From contig JAKAYL010000003.1 of NCBI GenBank assembly GCA_021809545.1, forward strand, positions 4,990-68,989: a stretch of DNA of 64,000 nt. Reading direction: 5' to 3'. A program made the translations under genes and the position numbers. Below the pieces are notes generated by a model. It was not told the DNA's origin, made no database searches, and saw nothing but the letters and a program-made list of their open reading frames with translations. Positions 49,280-59,192 of this stretch are shown one piece after another. The stretch's first letter is position 1. Every line of letters begins with the position of its first letter. Source of the DNA: Thermoplasmata archaeon. Its GTDB lineage: Archaea; Thermoplasmatota; Thermoplasmata; Lutacidiplasmatales; UBA184.

Positions 49280-52200
49280 ATGGCTGTGCCACGCATGCGC
49301 TTAGCAGCCGTCGTGGGTGTCGCACTATTCGTCGTGGCTATCTGGGGAATGAACTCGCCCATTCCGAGCGAGGTGCACGCAACCCACACCGTGGTTGTGG
49401 CCGAATCTCCCCTCTTCCCCGCCGGGTTCGCTGAGCACGTTGTCGGAAGCTACCACCACGCCTGCGATATCTCCTCTCAGCAATCTCAGAGCCCACAGAG
49501 CAGCATCCTCAACCTGCCGGCCGCAGGGACGGGCGCCTCCGCCACCTACGATTCTTCGAAACTCGTCAACAACACCGCCGTCAACACCACGGTGACGGTC
49601 CCTTCGGGGACCGGTCTCTTCGGCAGCTTGTCCACGAACCAGTTCATCGTGCTCGGTGTGGGCGACCCCATGAATGCCACGGCGATCGCGGCGGCAGGTG
49701 TCGGCATGACCTCTCAGTTGAGCGTGACCGTGGCCGTTCCCGTGGCCATCCTTCCTAACCTGACGGAGGTGTACAACACGGGCGGCACGACGTTCAGTTC
49801 GGGCAACGTGGTGACCTTCGAGATCAACCACGTGCACGGCGATTGGTGGGAATTCACTTACAACTCGGGGAGCGGTGCCCAGCCTATCACCGGTGGCAGC
49901 GCCTGGGAGAACGGAACTTACAACCTGGCCACGCCCGCCGCCTCGGGAAAACTCTGTGCGGAGGGGGCCACGGTCGGCCCCTCTTTCATCGTCGCCGCTT
50001 TCGGCCTGAGCGGGGCTTCCACGCCCACCATCCCGACGACGGCCGTCCCTTGGGCGGTGGGAGTAGAACCCCCGGGCACGTCGTCGACCTCCTACGTGCC
50101 CCTTGCGGCCAACGCCTACCCGCAGTTCAACACCTCGCTGGGCACGGTAGGTATCCAAGGACACGACCAGAACGCTGCCCTGGGTATCGACCAGCTCTCG
50201 GTCGGCAATTCAGTGGCATATCCAGGAGCCTATGCCTCCTTGTGGGGAAATTACAATATCATCATCCTTAGCAAGAGCACGGTCACCCCCGTGCAGGCCT
50301 CGCTGGCATACAACGGGAGCCAAATCTTCAATGCGACGGCGATCGATCAGAACGGAGCGAACCTCCCTCAGGCCACCTTCACGTGGCAGATGAGCCCTGC
50401 CTCCCTCGGTACCTTGAACACCACCACCGGGACCTCGGTGAGTCTCAAGGCGGGAAGCGTCACGGCGGTCGGGAAGCTGTGGGCGAACGTCACCTACAAC
50501 TGTTCCACCATCCACGATGTCGCGAACATCTCCGTGACCAAGACCGGAGGACCGGCCATCCTATCGTTTGTCGCAACTCCCTCGAGCATCGTCCTCCCGC
50601 CTCAGTCCACCAACACGACAGTTCTCAAGGTGGTGAACGGAACCTGGCCCCGAGCGATCACCTATACCTACACTGGTCTACCCGCGGGATGCCTATCGAA
50701 CAACTCGACAACGCTGTCTTGTACCCCGTCCACCACAGCTAAGGTTGGGGCGTACAATGTCACGGTCTTCCTGAACGATTCCACCGGACGTACGAGCAAC
50801 GCCACCACGACCGTCAACATTTACGCGGACTTCACCCTGACCTCCTTCACGATATCTCCGGATCCTCTGACGGTCAACACGACGATGACCGTAACCACGG
50901 TTACCGCGGGCGGTGTCCCTCCGATGTCCTACACGTTCACCGGGTTGCCACCCGGCTGCGGGACCCCGAATCAGCCCCCGGTCTTCACGTGTTCACCCAA
51001 TGCCACGGGAAATTACTCGATCTCCGTGCTCGCAATGGACGCGGCAGGGCACGTCGTGACCAAGTCGGTCAACGTGACCGTGAACACCAAGCTGACCCTC
51101 TCGGACACTCTCTATCCGGCGAACGCCACGATCCCTTACGGGGGCACTCTCTACGTCAACGTGACCGCTTCGGGAGGCACCCCGGGATACGTCTATTCCT
51201 TCGGTCACCTCCCGGCCGGTTGCACCTCTTCGAACACGCAGCACTTCACCTGCACGCCCACCGCGAGCGGAAGCCTCTATCTCTTCGCCAACGCCACGGA
51301 TTCGACGGGGGCCAATGCCTCACTGCTCGTTCCCTTCACCGTGCTGGCGCCGGCCCTCCCCACGATCTCCAGCTTTGTCGCAACTCCCAACCCCGTCAAC
51401 GTGTCCCAGGCCACGAGCCTCGTGGTGACGGCGTTCGGGGGTCAGGGAACCCTTAGCTACGCGTACACCGGATTGCCCCAGGGTTGCACCAGTTCGAACG
51501 TGGCGACACTGTCCTGCACTCCAAGCCAGGCGGGAAGGTTCACCGTAAGTGTCACGGCCACCGACACGGCCAGCCACCAGGTTTCGGCTTCGCTCAATCT
51601 GACGGTCAACAGTAGCGCCTCCGGGCCCACCATCAGTTCCTTCACGATCACGCCGCCGTCGGGAACCCTTGGGGCCCTCTTTGACATGAACACCGTGGCC
51701 CAGGGTGGTGTGGCGCCCCTGTCCTACGCCTACACCGGGCTCCCTGCGGGATGCGCTTCGAAGAACCTTGCGAGCTTCACCTGCACTCCGTCGGCGGCGG
51801 GGAACTTCACCGTGACCGTGACGGTCACGGACAGCGCCTCCCCGGCCAACAGCATTTCTACGAATGCCGTGATGACGGTCAAGCCGCTGGGCGGTGTCGG
51901 GAGCCCCACGGTCTGGTCGTTCGTGGCGGACCCGCCGTCGGTGAGCGTCAGCAGCCCCACGCTCTTCAAGGTCAATGCGACGGGAGGCTCGGGGACCCTG
52001 AGCTACTCGTACACGGGTCTTCCCGCGGGATGTTCCAGCTCGAACACTCCCTCGCTGCCCTGCACGCCCACCTCGGCGGGCAACTACACCGTTTGGGTCT
52101 ATGTCAACGACACCGCGGGGCACAGCACGAAGGACTCGACCTTGCTGACCGTCACGGGAGGGACCACCTCTTCGCCGTCGGGATCGGGCCTCAACCTGAT

Positions 52201-52330
52201 GCTCATCCTGGTGATCGTGGCGGTAATCGCCGCCGTGGTGGCAGTGGTGGCCATTGTACTGGTCCGGAAGAAGAAGCGGGGGGGAAACGCCGCTCCACCC
52301 CCCGTGAGTCCGTACTATCCCCCGCAGTGA
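49280..52330 (+). CDS. Large cell-surface protein with six PKD/Ig-like repeats and C-terminal TM anchor
   Basis: Signal peptide; six copies of 'SYxYTGLPxGC-x8/9-CTP'; TM helix followed by RKKKR. Confidence 0.85.
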   Translation: MAVPRMRLAAVVGVALFVVAIWGMNSPIPSEVHATHTVVVAESPLFPAGFAEHVVGSYHHACDISSQQSQSPQSSILNLPAAGTGASATYDSSKLVNNTAVNTTVTVPSGTGLFGSLSTNQFIVLGVGDPMNATAIAAAGVGMTSQLSVTVAVPVAILPNLTEVYNTGGTTFSSGNVVTFEINHVHGDWWEFTYNSGSGAQPITGGSAWENGTYNLATPAASGKLCAEGATVGPSFIVAAFGLSGASTPTIPTTAVPWAVGVEPPGTSSTSYVPLAANAYPQFNTSLGTVGIQGHDQNAALGIDQLSVGNSVAYPGAYASLWGNYNIIILSKSTVTPVQASLAYNGSQIFNATAIDQNGANLPQATFTWQMSPASLGTLNTTTGTSVSLKAGSVTAVGKLWANVTYNCSTIHDVANISVTKTGGPAILSFVATPSSIVLPPQSTNTTVLKVVNGTWPRAITYTYTGLPAGCLSNNSTTLSCTPSTTAKVGAYNVTVFLNDSTGRTSNATTTVNIYADFTLTSFTISPDPLTVNTTMTVTTVTAGGVPPMSYTFTGLPPGCGTPNQPPVFTCSPNATGNYSISVLAMDAAGHVVTKSVNVTVNTKLTLSDTLYPANATIPYGGTLYVNVTASGGTPGYVYSFGHLPAGCTSSNTQHFTCTPTASGSLYLFANATDSTGANASLLVPFTVLAPALPTISSFVATPNPVNVSQATSLVVTAFGGQGTLSYAYTGLPQGCTSSNVATLSCTPSQAGRFTVSVTATDTASHQVSASLNLTVNSSASGPTISSFTITPPSGTLGALFDMNTVAQGGVAPLSYAYTGLPAGCASKNLASFTCTPSAAGNFTVTVTVTDSASPANSISTNAVMTVKPLGGVGSPTVWSFVADPPSVSVSSPTLFKVNATGGSGTLSYSYTGLPAGCSSSNTPSLPCTPTSAGNYTVWVYVNDTAGHSTKDSTLLTVTGGTTSSPSGSGLNLMLILVIVAVIAAVVAVVAIVLVRKKKRGGNAAPPPVSPYYPPQ

Positions 52331-52619
52331 GCCGGGGGAGGGCCCAGGAACCCCACCGGTCGAGCTTCCCCCCACTACGAGGCGGAGACCGGTCCCCTTC
52401 GGCAGAGGACCACTCCACGTACCGAGGGAGGCACGTAGGGGTCTCCTTTCGGACTGAGACGCCCATGGATCGCGGCCTCCCTTCCCATCGACAAAGCGTG
52501 AGGCCAGGGCCAAAGCAGGCCGGTGTTCCTCTCCCTGCGCACTTCAGGATAGCATCCTTGCCGCCTGCGGCGGGTCAGGACAGGGATCTCTCAGCAGGCC
52601 GTTCCCGTTTGCGAAGAGG

Positions 52620-54323
52620 TCACTGGGTCATCGCAGGGGGCGTGTCACTCGGGCCAGTTTTCCTAAGGAGCCCTTGCGCCCGTCGCTTCCGGCCGCTCAG
52701 GTAAACCATCAAGACGGCACCTACCACGAGGGCGATCCCACCCAGGGTGCCCCCGAGCAGGAGCGGGTTCACGTGGGAGGATAGGGTGACCGTGGGGAGG
52801 TAGTCCGCGGTCAGCGTTCCATTCCCGACCACATCGACCGTCGTGGTGAGGTTGTCGGGCCCTCCGAGGGTCACTCCTCCCGTGACGTACCATCCCCCGA
52901 AGGTGTAGCCAGGGCAGGGGAGGGCCGTCACCCGGTAGGGGGCAGGGGGAGCAGAGTAGCTCGCTCCGTTTTGCTCGAGGGAGTTGTTGAAGACGATGTA
53001 CGAGCAGTTGCTGGAGGGACGATCCTGGAGGACGATGCTGTAGGGGGTGGGGGGTGGGGGCGAAACCACCGTGGTATTTGCAGGAGGGGGACCGAAGACC
53101 CAGGTCGCGTTGGTGGAGCGGTAGCTGGTGTAGTCTCCGACAATGCCTCCAAAGAAGAACAGTCCGGAGTTGTTCGTGGTGGAGATCATGCTGGCTCCGA
53201 TGATCGCGGAGGACGGCGACGGCGAAACATACTGGAGGGCCCAGAATCCGTCCACGAACACCCAGGTATCCCCATAGAGGGCGCCGGAAGTAGTGTTCCA
53301 CCCACCGAAGAGGACAAGGTACTGCTGGACGGGATCGTACGCCATGGACGCCAGGATGCGACCGTCGGGGGCCGTGCCGTGGGCCTGGGCGGTAAGGTTC
53401 CTCCAAGCTCCGCGGGTGTATTCCCAGGTCTGCTCCAGGTCCAGACCGAACTCAGCGCCCTTGGAGGGCGTGGCCCCCCCGAAAAGGATGATCCCTGACT
53501 CTGCAGGGTCGTAGGCGAGCGCAGGAGCGAGAAGGGGGGGAGGGTGGACCGAGAGGGTGAGGTTGTGCCATTGCCCTCCCTGGAATGTCCAGGTGTCGCT
53601 GTGGATGTCGTACTGCCCGCTCATCCCGCCGTACATCAGGAGGTACCCATCCTGGGGGTCCCAAACCATGCCGCCAAGCCCGCGGGCGCTCGGGTGCACC
53701 GAGAGGCTGAGCTGCGTCCACGAGGCGTTGCAGCTGGCGCATGCCGCTTGGAAGATCCACGTGTCGTCGAGATAGAGGGAAGTGTCCAGCGTAAGGTAGG
53801 GTCCGCCCCCGAACAGGACGATGTACCCGTCCGCATAGTCGTAGGCCATGTATTGGCCGAGGCGCGCGCTCGGTCCCGGGATGTGGAGCTGGGTCCAGTT
53901 TCCGCTCTTGAAGATCCAAGTGTCGGAGTAGGTCGTGTTGGCGGCGGTGGTGAGATTCATGATACCTCCGAAGAGGACGACGTATCCTGTCACCGGGTCG
54001 TAGGTCATGCCGGCACCCCCGCGCCCCGGGGGAGCACAGACATTCCTCCCGCACAGCATCTGCCATCCCGAGTTCGCAGCGGAGGGCGCACGTTCCTGGG
54101 AGCGCCCCACACACCCCATGCTCAACGTGCCGATGGAAGAGCAGGTCAGGGGGTGTCCCTGCGCAGGGCCTCCTCCGAGGGCAAGGCTTTGCTGGGCGCT
54201 CGTAAGGGTCTGAACAGCGGTAGAGACCGAGGAAGAGGACGCGACGTGCCCAAGACCGATGGGAAAGACCGTGGCGAAGAGAAGCACAAAGGCGACGGCA
54301 CCGATCTCCGCGACGCTTGCCAT
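52620..54323 (-). CDS. Kelch-repeat beta-propeller surface protein with C-terminal TM anchor
   Basis: Six copies of 'MxYD...LFGG...DTW'; 'PGYTFGGW' (InlB B-like) domain; TM helix with basic tail. Confidence 0.85.
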   Translation of the reverse strand: MASVAEIGAVAFVLLFATVFPIGLGHVASSSSVSTAVQTLTSAQQSLALGGGPAQGHPLTCSSIGTLSMGCVGRSQERAPSAANSGWQMLCGRNVCAPPGRGGAGMTYDPVTGYVVLFGGIMNLTTAANTTYSDTWIFKSGNWTQLHIPGPSARLGQYMAYDYADGYIVLFGGGPYLTLDTSLYLDDTWIFQAACASCNASWTQLSLSVHPSARGLGGMVWDPQDGYLLMYGGMSGQYDIHSDTWTFQGGQWHNLTLSVHPPPLLAPALAYDPAESGIILFGGATPSKGAEFGLDLEQTWEYTRGAWRNLTAQAHGTAPDGRILASMAYDPVQQYLVLFGGWNTTSGALYGDTWVFVDGFWALQYVSPSPSSAIIGASMISTTNNSGLFFFGGIVGDYTSYRSTNATWVFGPPPANTTVVSPPPPTPYSIVLQDRPSSNCSYIVFNNSLEQNGASYSAPPAPYRVTALPCPGYTFGGWYVTGGVTLGGPDNLTTTVDVVGNGTLTADYLPTVTLSSHVNPLLLGGTLGGIALVVGAVLMVYLSGRKRRAQGLLRKTGPSDTPPAMTQ

Positions 54324-54461
54324 GCCTTGTCATCGGTCACGCTCCGTGGCCATATAACTATTCTCTGGGGGGCGGGACCGCGAGGTGTCCGGCGGGACAT
54401 GCACGGTGGGCAGTACTCTCCAAGAAAACACTTATCCCGCCCGCCTCCTCTCTGTCCCCCG

Positions 54462-54749
54462 ATGAACGACGAGGCTCCGCGGAACCACGAGGTGGAGATC
54501 CGTCGGGAGTGCCCGGACGCGGAAATTGCCCGGATCCTGGCCCGGTCCCTCTCTCCCGACAACGAGGCCTACGCCACCGCCCGGAGCGAGGGGGCCATTC
54601 TGAAGCTGGTGGTCCGCGCCCGGTCTCTTCGAGAACTGCAGCGCAGCGTCGACGATGTGCTGGCCTGTCTGGGAGCCGCCGAGCGGTCCCTGGTTAAAGC
54701 ATCCCCGACTCGAGCCGGAACCCACAGCGCCCGCAAACCCACGCCCTAG
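54462..54749 (+). CDS. pcc1: KEOPS complex subunit Pcc1
   Basis: Contains 'ARSLSPDN' and 'ARSLRELQRSVDDVLACL'. Confidence 0.8.
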   Translation: MNDEAPRNHEVEIRRECPDAEIARILARSLSPDNEAYATARSEGAILKLVVRARSLRELQRSVDDVLACLGAAERSLVKASPTRAGTHSARKPTP

Positions 54750-55536
54750 GGCGTCCCCCAGTTCCGTCCTGGACCCAGATGAGGGCTCCCCGGCATGTGG
54801 GGCAGGTCAACGCGTTGCGCACCCGGAAGACCCCGTAGAGCCCGGGCACTCCGAGGGGGATGGCCCCGTCCAGCACCATGAGCGGTGAGGGGGCGGGTCC
54901 GTACGGTCCCCCGCTTGGCGAGGGAGGGCTGGCCGACACGGGATGCGGGAGACAGAAGAGTGTGAGGGAGTAATCCCCGGGAAGAAAGGTGGTCGTGATG
55001 GCGTGCATGGCGTCGAAGACGTGCCCCGGCGGGATCTCCATGGTCTCTCCCGAGAGCCGCATGCCCTGCATGTTCGGGTTGGTCAGGGAGACGTAGAAGG
55101 TCGCGGCGATGGGGGCCGTCCCCGAGTTGAGGACAAGGATCTGCATCTTCACCGGCTCCCCCGGTGGGAGCACGCTCAAGGGGATGATACGGGAGAACCG
55201 AACATTCTTGCCCGCTTCGACCCAGGACTGCCGGTCGTAGAATCCCTGACGCTCCGCATACTGGAAGAGCGTCCGGGGTGGGGGCTCGATGGGTTGAGGA
55301 AGTGGGGGGGTGGACCGGGGCGCCGGGGCCACCATGGGCAGGTTCGCTACCGCGGGGGCAGGAGCTCCCGACGGGGGTGGTGGGGCTGAGACCGGAGGAG
55401 GAGCGGCTTTCCGTTCTTCGGCGAAGGGAGCATAGCCGCATTTCGGACAGTACCATCCCTTCGAGTGGTCCTTGACCATACGCCCATCCTTGCACCGGGG
55501 GCAGGGTGGGGATATCGCTGCCATCTGCGCAACCAT
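54694..55536 (-). CDS. Hypothetical protein with N- and C-terminal zinc ribbons
   Basis: CPRC...CPKCG at the N-terminus and CPTC...CGRCG at the C-terminus, with Pro-rich linkers. Confidence 0.7.
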   Translation of the reverse strand: MVAQMAAISPPCPRCKDGRMVKDHSKGWYCPKCGYAPFAEERKAAPPPVSAPPPPSGAPAPAVANLPMVAPAPRSTPPLPQPIEPPPRTLFQYAERQGFYDRQSWVEAGKNVRFSRIIPLSVLPPGEPVKMQILVLNSGTAPIAATFYVSLTNPNMQGMRLSGETMEIPPGHVFDAMHAITTTFLPGDYSLTLFCLPHPVSASPPSPSGGPYGPAPSPLMVLDGAIPLGVPGLYGVFRVRNALTCPTCRGALIWVQDGTGGRPRAWVCGRCGFRLESGML

Positions 55537-55774
55537 AACTCCTCGGGCTATAATGCTGACTTAACTCGGACGGTGACTCACGGACGCGTTCTCCTCCAAG
55601 GTAAGAGTCGCAAACGGGCAGGGAACGGTCCCGCAGAACGGGGGTCCCGCCCCGCGGGTCCCGGGCACTTCTACCGGCGGGGCGAGGGGTGCCGTGAAGA
55701 ATCTCCCCACCCTCAGTAGAATTTCTACGCATTCCGATGGTCTTTTCTATCCGCCTTTCTGTAGTTTCGCTGTC

Positions 55775-56641
55775 ATGTTGCTGGGCGCCCACATCGGGAT
55801 CTCCGGGGGCATCGAGAACGCACCGTTCACCGCCCGCAGTATCGGCTGCGAGGTGATGCAGATCTTCTCGAAGAACCAGCGTCAATGGAAGGTCCCCCCC
55901 TTGGCGGAAGAGACGGCCAGCGCCTTCCGCGTCAACCTGGTCAAGGCGGGGATCAAGGCCGTGGGAGTCCACGCCTCCTACCTCATCAACCTCGGGACGT
56001 CAGATCCGGGTCTGATGAGAAAGTCCCGCGAGGCATTGACCGAAGAGCTCCGCAGGGCGGAAGCGATCGGAGCCATCGGGGTCATTCTCCATCCGGGCGC
56101 CCATGTGGGGGCGGGGACCGCCCAGGGCATCGAGAACATCGCAGCCGGGGCGCAGGAAGCTCTAGCGGCGACCTCCGGGGCCAAGGTCCAGATCCTTTTC
56201 GAGAATGCGGCGGGGGCGGGCTCGACCATGGGGCAGAGCCTCGAGGAATTATCGGAGATCGGACGACGGTCCGAATTCGAAAAGAGGGTCGGTTACTGCA
56301 TCGACACTTGCCATCTGTACGCTTCGGGCATCGACTACACCTCGGAGGCGGGATACGGACGGCTCGTCGACTCGGTACGAGACACGTTGGGCCTGGAGAA
56401 GGTCCGTTTCTTCCACCTGAACGATGCGCTCTTTCCGCTCGGCAGCCGGAAGGACAGGCATGCCAACATTGGGGAGGGAACGCTTGGGAAGGAGGGCTTC
56501 CGGCGACTTCTCAACGACCGGAACTTCCAGGCGACCCCTGGTGTACTGGAAACCCCTATCTCGGACGATAAGGACCACCCGTACCGGTCGTACGAGAAGG
56601 ATTTGGAAACGCTTCACTCCCTTGTGAGGACCGGGCGTTAA
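55775..56641 (+). CDS. nfo: Endonuclease IV
   Basis: Contains 'LGAH', 'HASYLINL', 'HPG', 'DTCH', 'HLND', 'DRHANIG' and 'ETP'. Confidence 0.95.
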   Translation: MLLGAHIGISGGIENAPFTARSIGCEVMQIFSKNQRQWKVPPLAEETASAFRVNLVKAGIKAVGVHASYLINLGTSDPGLMRKSREALTEELRRAEAIGAIGVILHPGAHVGAGTAQGIENIAAGAQEALAATSGAKVQILFENAAGAGSTMGQSLEELSEIGRRSEFEKRVGYCIDTCHLYASGIDYTSEAGYGRLVDSVRDTLGLEKVRFFHLNDALFPLGSRKDRHANIGEGTLGKEGFRRLLNDRNFQATPGVLETPISDDKDHPYRSYEKDLETLHSLVRTGR

Positions 56642-56692
56642 AGTTTAAGGTCTCGTTGCCTCTCGTCACCCCACTACTAAGGTGAGATAAAA

Positions 56693-57475
56693 ATGGCTGG
56701 AGGAACAAGTGATCTGAGCCCTGTCGGAGAAAAGGTGCTCAGATTCAGCATTGAGAGAGCCGGGGATGATGGCCTTCGTTACGAAGATTACATGGAAGGA
56801 CTGGGTTCGGTGCTGAGCGGCATCACCATCAGTCAACTCTCGATCGCTCTCCACCAACTGGAAACGAAGGGATACCTCCACCCCGACCCCCATGGAACAC
56901 CGAACCGGAAGATCCGGGTGACCCCGCTTGGGCGGCAGGTCCTGGGCGAGTCCCCCAAGGAGGCCGAGGCGTCCCCGGCCCCGGAGGCATCGGCCCCGGC
57001 TCCGTCCCCCCCCACCTCCTCGCAGCAGTCCCCCCTTCCTTCGAGGGCGGAAACCCAGGCCCCCGCCGAGGAACCCTTGCCATCTTCCCCCCCCGTTGAG
57101 GAGCCCGCCCGCCCTGCGCGGGTTGAGCCCCCCACGAACTTGCCTTCCGACACCTCGGATGAGGTACGGCGCCGGCTCCGGGCCGTGATCGAGCGCGAGG
57201 AGGCGGTAAAGTCCATCGAGGACCGGCACCGGGTCAAGGAGCGGGAACTCCTGAACGAGGAGGACCGGTTGGCCCAGCTCGAGAAGACCGTCGAGGCTCG
57301 GCGCAAGGCGCTCGAGGAACAAGAGCGCCAGCTGTCCGCCTCCGAGGACCAACTCCACGAGCACCTCACCTCCCTGAAGGGCCACCTGAACAGCGTAGGG
57401 CAGGTCACTGAGAACGTTCACAAACTTCACGAGAAGGTGACGTCCACCCGCCAGAAGCGGCAGAAGTCGGCCTGA
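56693..57475 (+). CDS. Hypothetical protein: winged helix, Pro-rich linker, coiled coil
   Basis: '[14 protein letters not shown]...VTPLGRQVL' resembles a wHTH; the C-terminus has E/R-rich heptads. Confidence 0.7.
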   Translation: MAGGTSDLSPVGEKVLRFSIERAGDDGLRYEDYMEGLGSVLSGITISQLSIALHQLETKGYLHPDPHGTPNRKIRVTPLGRQVLGESPKEAEASPAPEASAPAPSPPTSSQQSPLPSRAETQAPAEEPLPSSPPVEEPARPARVEPPTNLPSDTSDEVRRRLRAVIEREEAVKSIEDRHRVKERELLNEEDRLAQLEKTVEARRKALEEQERQLSASEDQLHEHLTSLKGHLNSVGQVTENVHKLHEKVTSTRQKRQKSA

Positions 57476-57605
57476 ACCCCGGCTCTCCCGGGGCTGCCTT
57501 GCGGTAGCGTGGCGTCGGCCCGTGCTCCCAGCCCGGATTGGGGCCCTCCGTTCGCGCCACCCGCAAGCGAGAAGCTTTTATCTCCGGGCCAATGGTCCTG
57601 AAGGG

Positions 57606-58253
57606 ATGAAGCTCTTCCTAGATACCGCGAATGTAGAGGAGATACGGGCCGCCGCCGAATGGGGCATACTCGACGGGGTCACGACCAATCCCAGCCTGGT
57701 GGCCAAGGAGGGCAGGGATTTCATGGAGGTTCTCCGGGAGATCACCGCGATCGTCGACGGGCCGATCTCTGCGGAAGTCGTCTCCACCAAGGCCTCCGAC
57801 ATGGTGACCGAAGGTCGCAAACTGGCCAAGGTCCACAAGAACATCTACGTCAAGGTCCCCATGACGACCGAGGGCCTCAAGGCGACCAAGATCCTCTCCG
57901 GGGAAGGGACTCGGGTCAACATGACCCTCGTCTTCTCTTCCTTGCAGGCCCTGCTGGCGGCCAAGGTGGGCGCCGCCTACGTGAGCCCCTTCATCGGTCG
58001 CCTGGACGACATCGGCCAGACCGGGATGGAGATCATCGAGGAGATCTCGACCATCTACCAGAATTACTCCTTCAAGACCGAGATCCTGGTCGCCTCCATC
58101 CGGCATCCCATCCACGTCAAGGAGGCGGCGCTCCTCGGGGCGGACATTGCCACCATGCCCTTCAGCGTTTTGGAGAAGCTGCCGCGCCACTCCCTCACGG
58201 ACATCGGCCTCGACCGATTCCTGAAGGACTGGGCGAAGCTTCCCAAGAAGTGA
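57606..58253 (+). CDS. tal: Transaldolase (TalC/FSA family)
   Basis: Contains 'FLDTAN', 'GVTTNPSL', 'SAEV', 'VKVP' and 'YVSPFIGR' (Phe suggests transaldolase). Confidence 0.93.
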   Translation: MKLFLDTANVEEIRAAAEWGILDGVTTNPSLVAKEGRDFMEVLREITAIVDGPISAEVVSTKASDMVTEGRKLAKVHKNIYVKVPMTTEGLKATKILSGEGTRVNMTLVFSSLQALLAAKVGAAYVSPFIGRLDDIGQTGMEIIEEISTIYQNYSFKTEILVASIRHPIHVKEAALLGADIATMPFSVLEKLPRHSLTDIGLDRFLKDWAKLPKK

Positions 58254-58267
58254 TCTCCGGGGAAGGG

Positions 58268-58564
58268 ATGGGCGCGGACATCGAGCTCGAATCCCGCTTG
58301 GCGAAGTACCTCGATCTCACCTCGAAGGCCCTGGCGAAGATCCAGGCCGTGCCCCCGACCCGATCCTTCCTCAAGGGCGGAGCTGACGACATGCTCCAGA
58401 TGGCCAGATCCTACTTCGACGACGCCCTCCACTTCCAGAAGGAGGGCGACCTTCCGCGGGCCCTCGCCGCCGTGAGCTATGCGCACGGCTGGCTGGACGC
58501 GGGGGTCCGGCTAGGGCTGCTCTACGGGGGAGAGGATGACCAGGCGTTCACGCAGTACCGGTAG
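58268..58564 (+). CDS. DUF357 domain protein
   Basis: 'MARSYFDDALHF...ALAAVSYAHGWLDAGVRLG'. Confidence 0.9.
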   Translation: MGADIELESRLAKYLDLTSKALAKIQAVPPTRSFLKGGADDMLQMARSYFDDALHFQKEGDLPRALAAVSYAHGWLDAGVRLGLLYGGEDDQAFTQYR

Positions 58565-58592
58565 GTCCCCTTCGCTCGTCTCGGCCCAGACC

Positions 58593-59192
58593 ATGGCCGA
58601 GATGGAGAAGGAACTCCGAGAGCTGGTCGAGAGTCGGGACGAGATCTTCGAAGAAGCGCGGGACCTGCGGCGTCGCAGCCAGAGCGTCATGCGGCGGATC
58701 CATGCTGGGGACCGTCTCCTACGAGAGTACGAGGCGCTTCCCGGGATCGCCCGGCGGTTGGTCGAGCGTGCCCGGCCCGCCCGCCTCTTGGAGGAGGAGC
58801 CAGTGCAAACGGCACTGCAGGAGTGGGTGGAAGCCTCCTTGCTGCGGGCCGTGGTGATGGGGCGTTCCCTGCCCACCCCTCCCTCTCTCTTCGTCGGCGC
58901 CGTGCCCTACCTGTTGGGCCTCTCGGATCTGGTGGGAGAACTGCGCCGTCTCGCGGTGACCTCCCTCGGAAAGGGCGCCCCGGAACGGGCCGAAGCGCAG
59001 GTGCGCCAGATGGACGATATCCTTGCCATCCTCATGCACTTTGAAGCTCCGCGCAGCGTGATCGCTCTGAAACCGAAACAGGACACCGCCCGCTCCCTCC
59101 TGGAGAAGACGCGGGGAGAGGTCGCGATGGCGCTATACCTGCAATCGATTGTCCGGAAGGGAGGCTCCAAGGGACCCGAGAAGCGGAGATGA
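58593..59192 (+). CDS. Translin/Trax family protein
   Basis: Contains 'LQEWVEA', 'YLLGLSDLVGELRR' and 'KQDTARSLLEKT'. Confidence 0.88.
   Translation: MAEMEKELRELVESRDEIFEEARDLRRRSQSVMRRIHAGDRLLREYEALPGIARRLVERARPARLLEEEPVQTALQEWVEASLLRAVVMGRSLPTPPSLFVGAVPYLLGLSDLVGELRRLAVTSLGKGAPERAEAQVRQMDDILAILMHFEAPRSVIALKPKQDTARSLLEKTRGEVAMALYLQSIVRKGGSKGPEKRR

Noticed and set aside
50640-52110. Regularly spaced DNA repeats suggesting a CRISPR array
   Set aside because: They are in-frame, degenerate protein domain repeats with ~270-nt period, and no cas genes are present.
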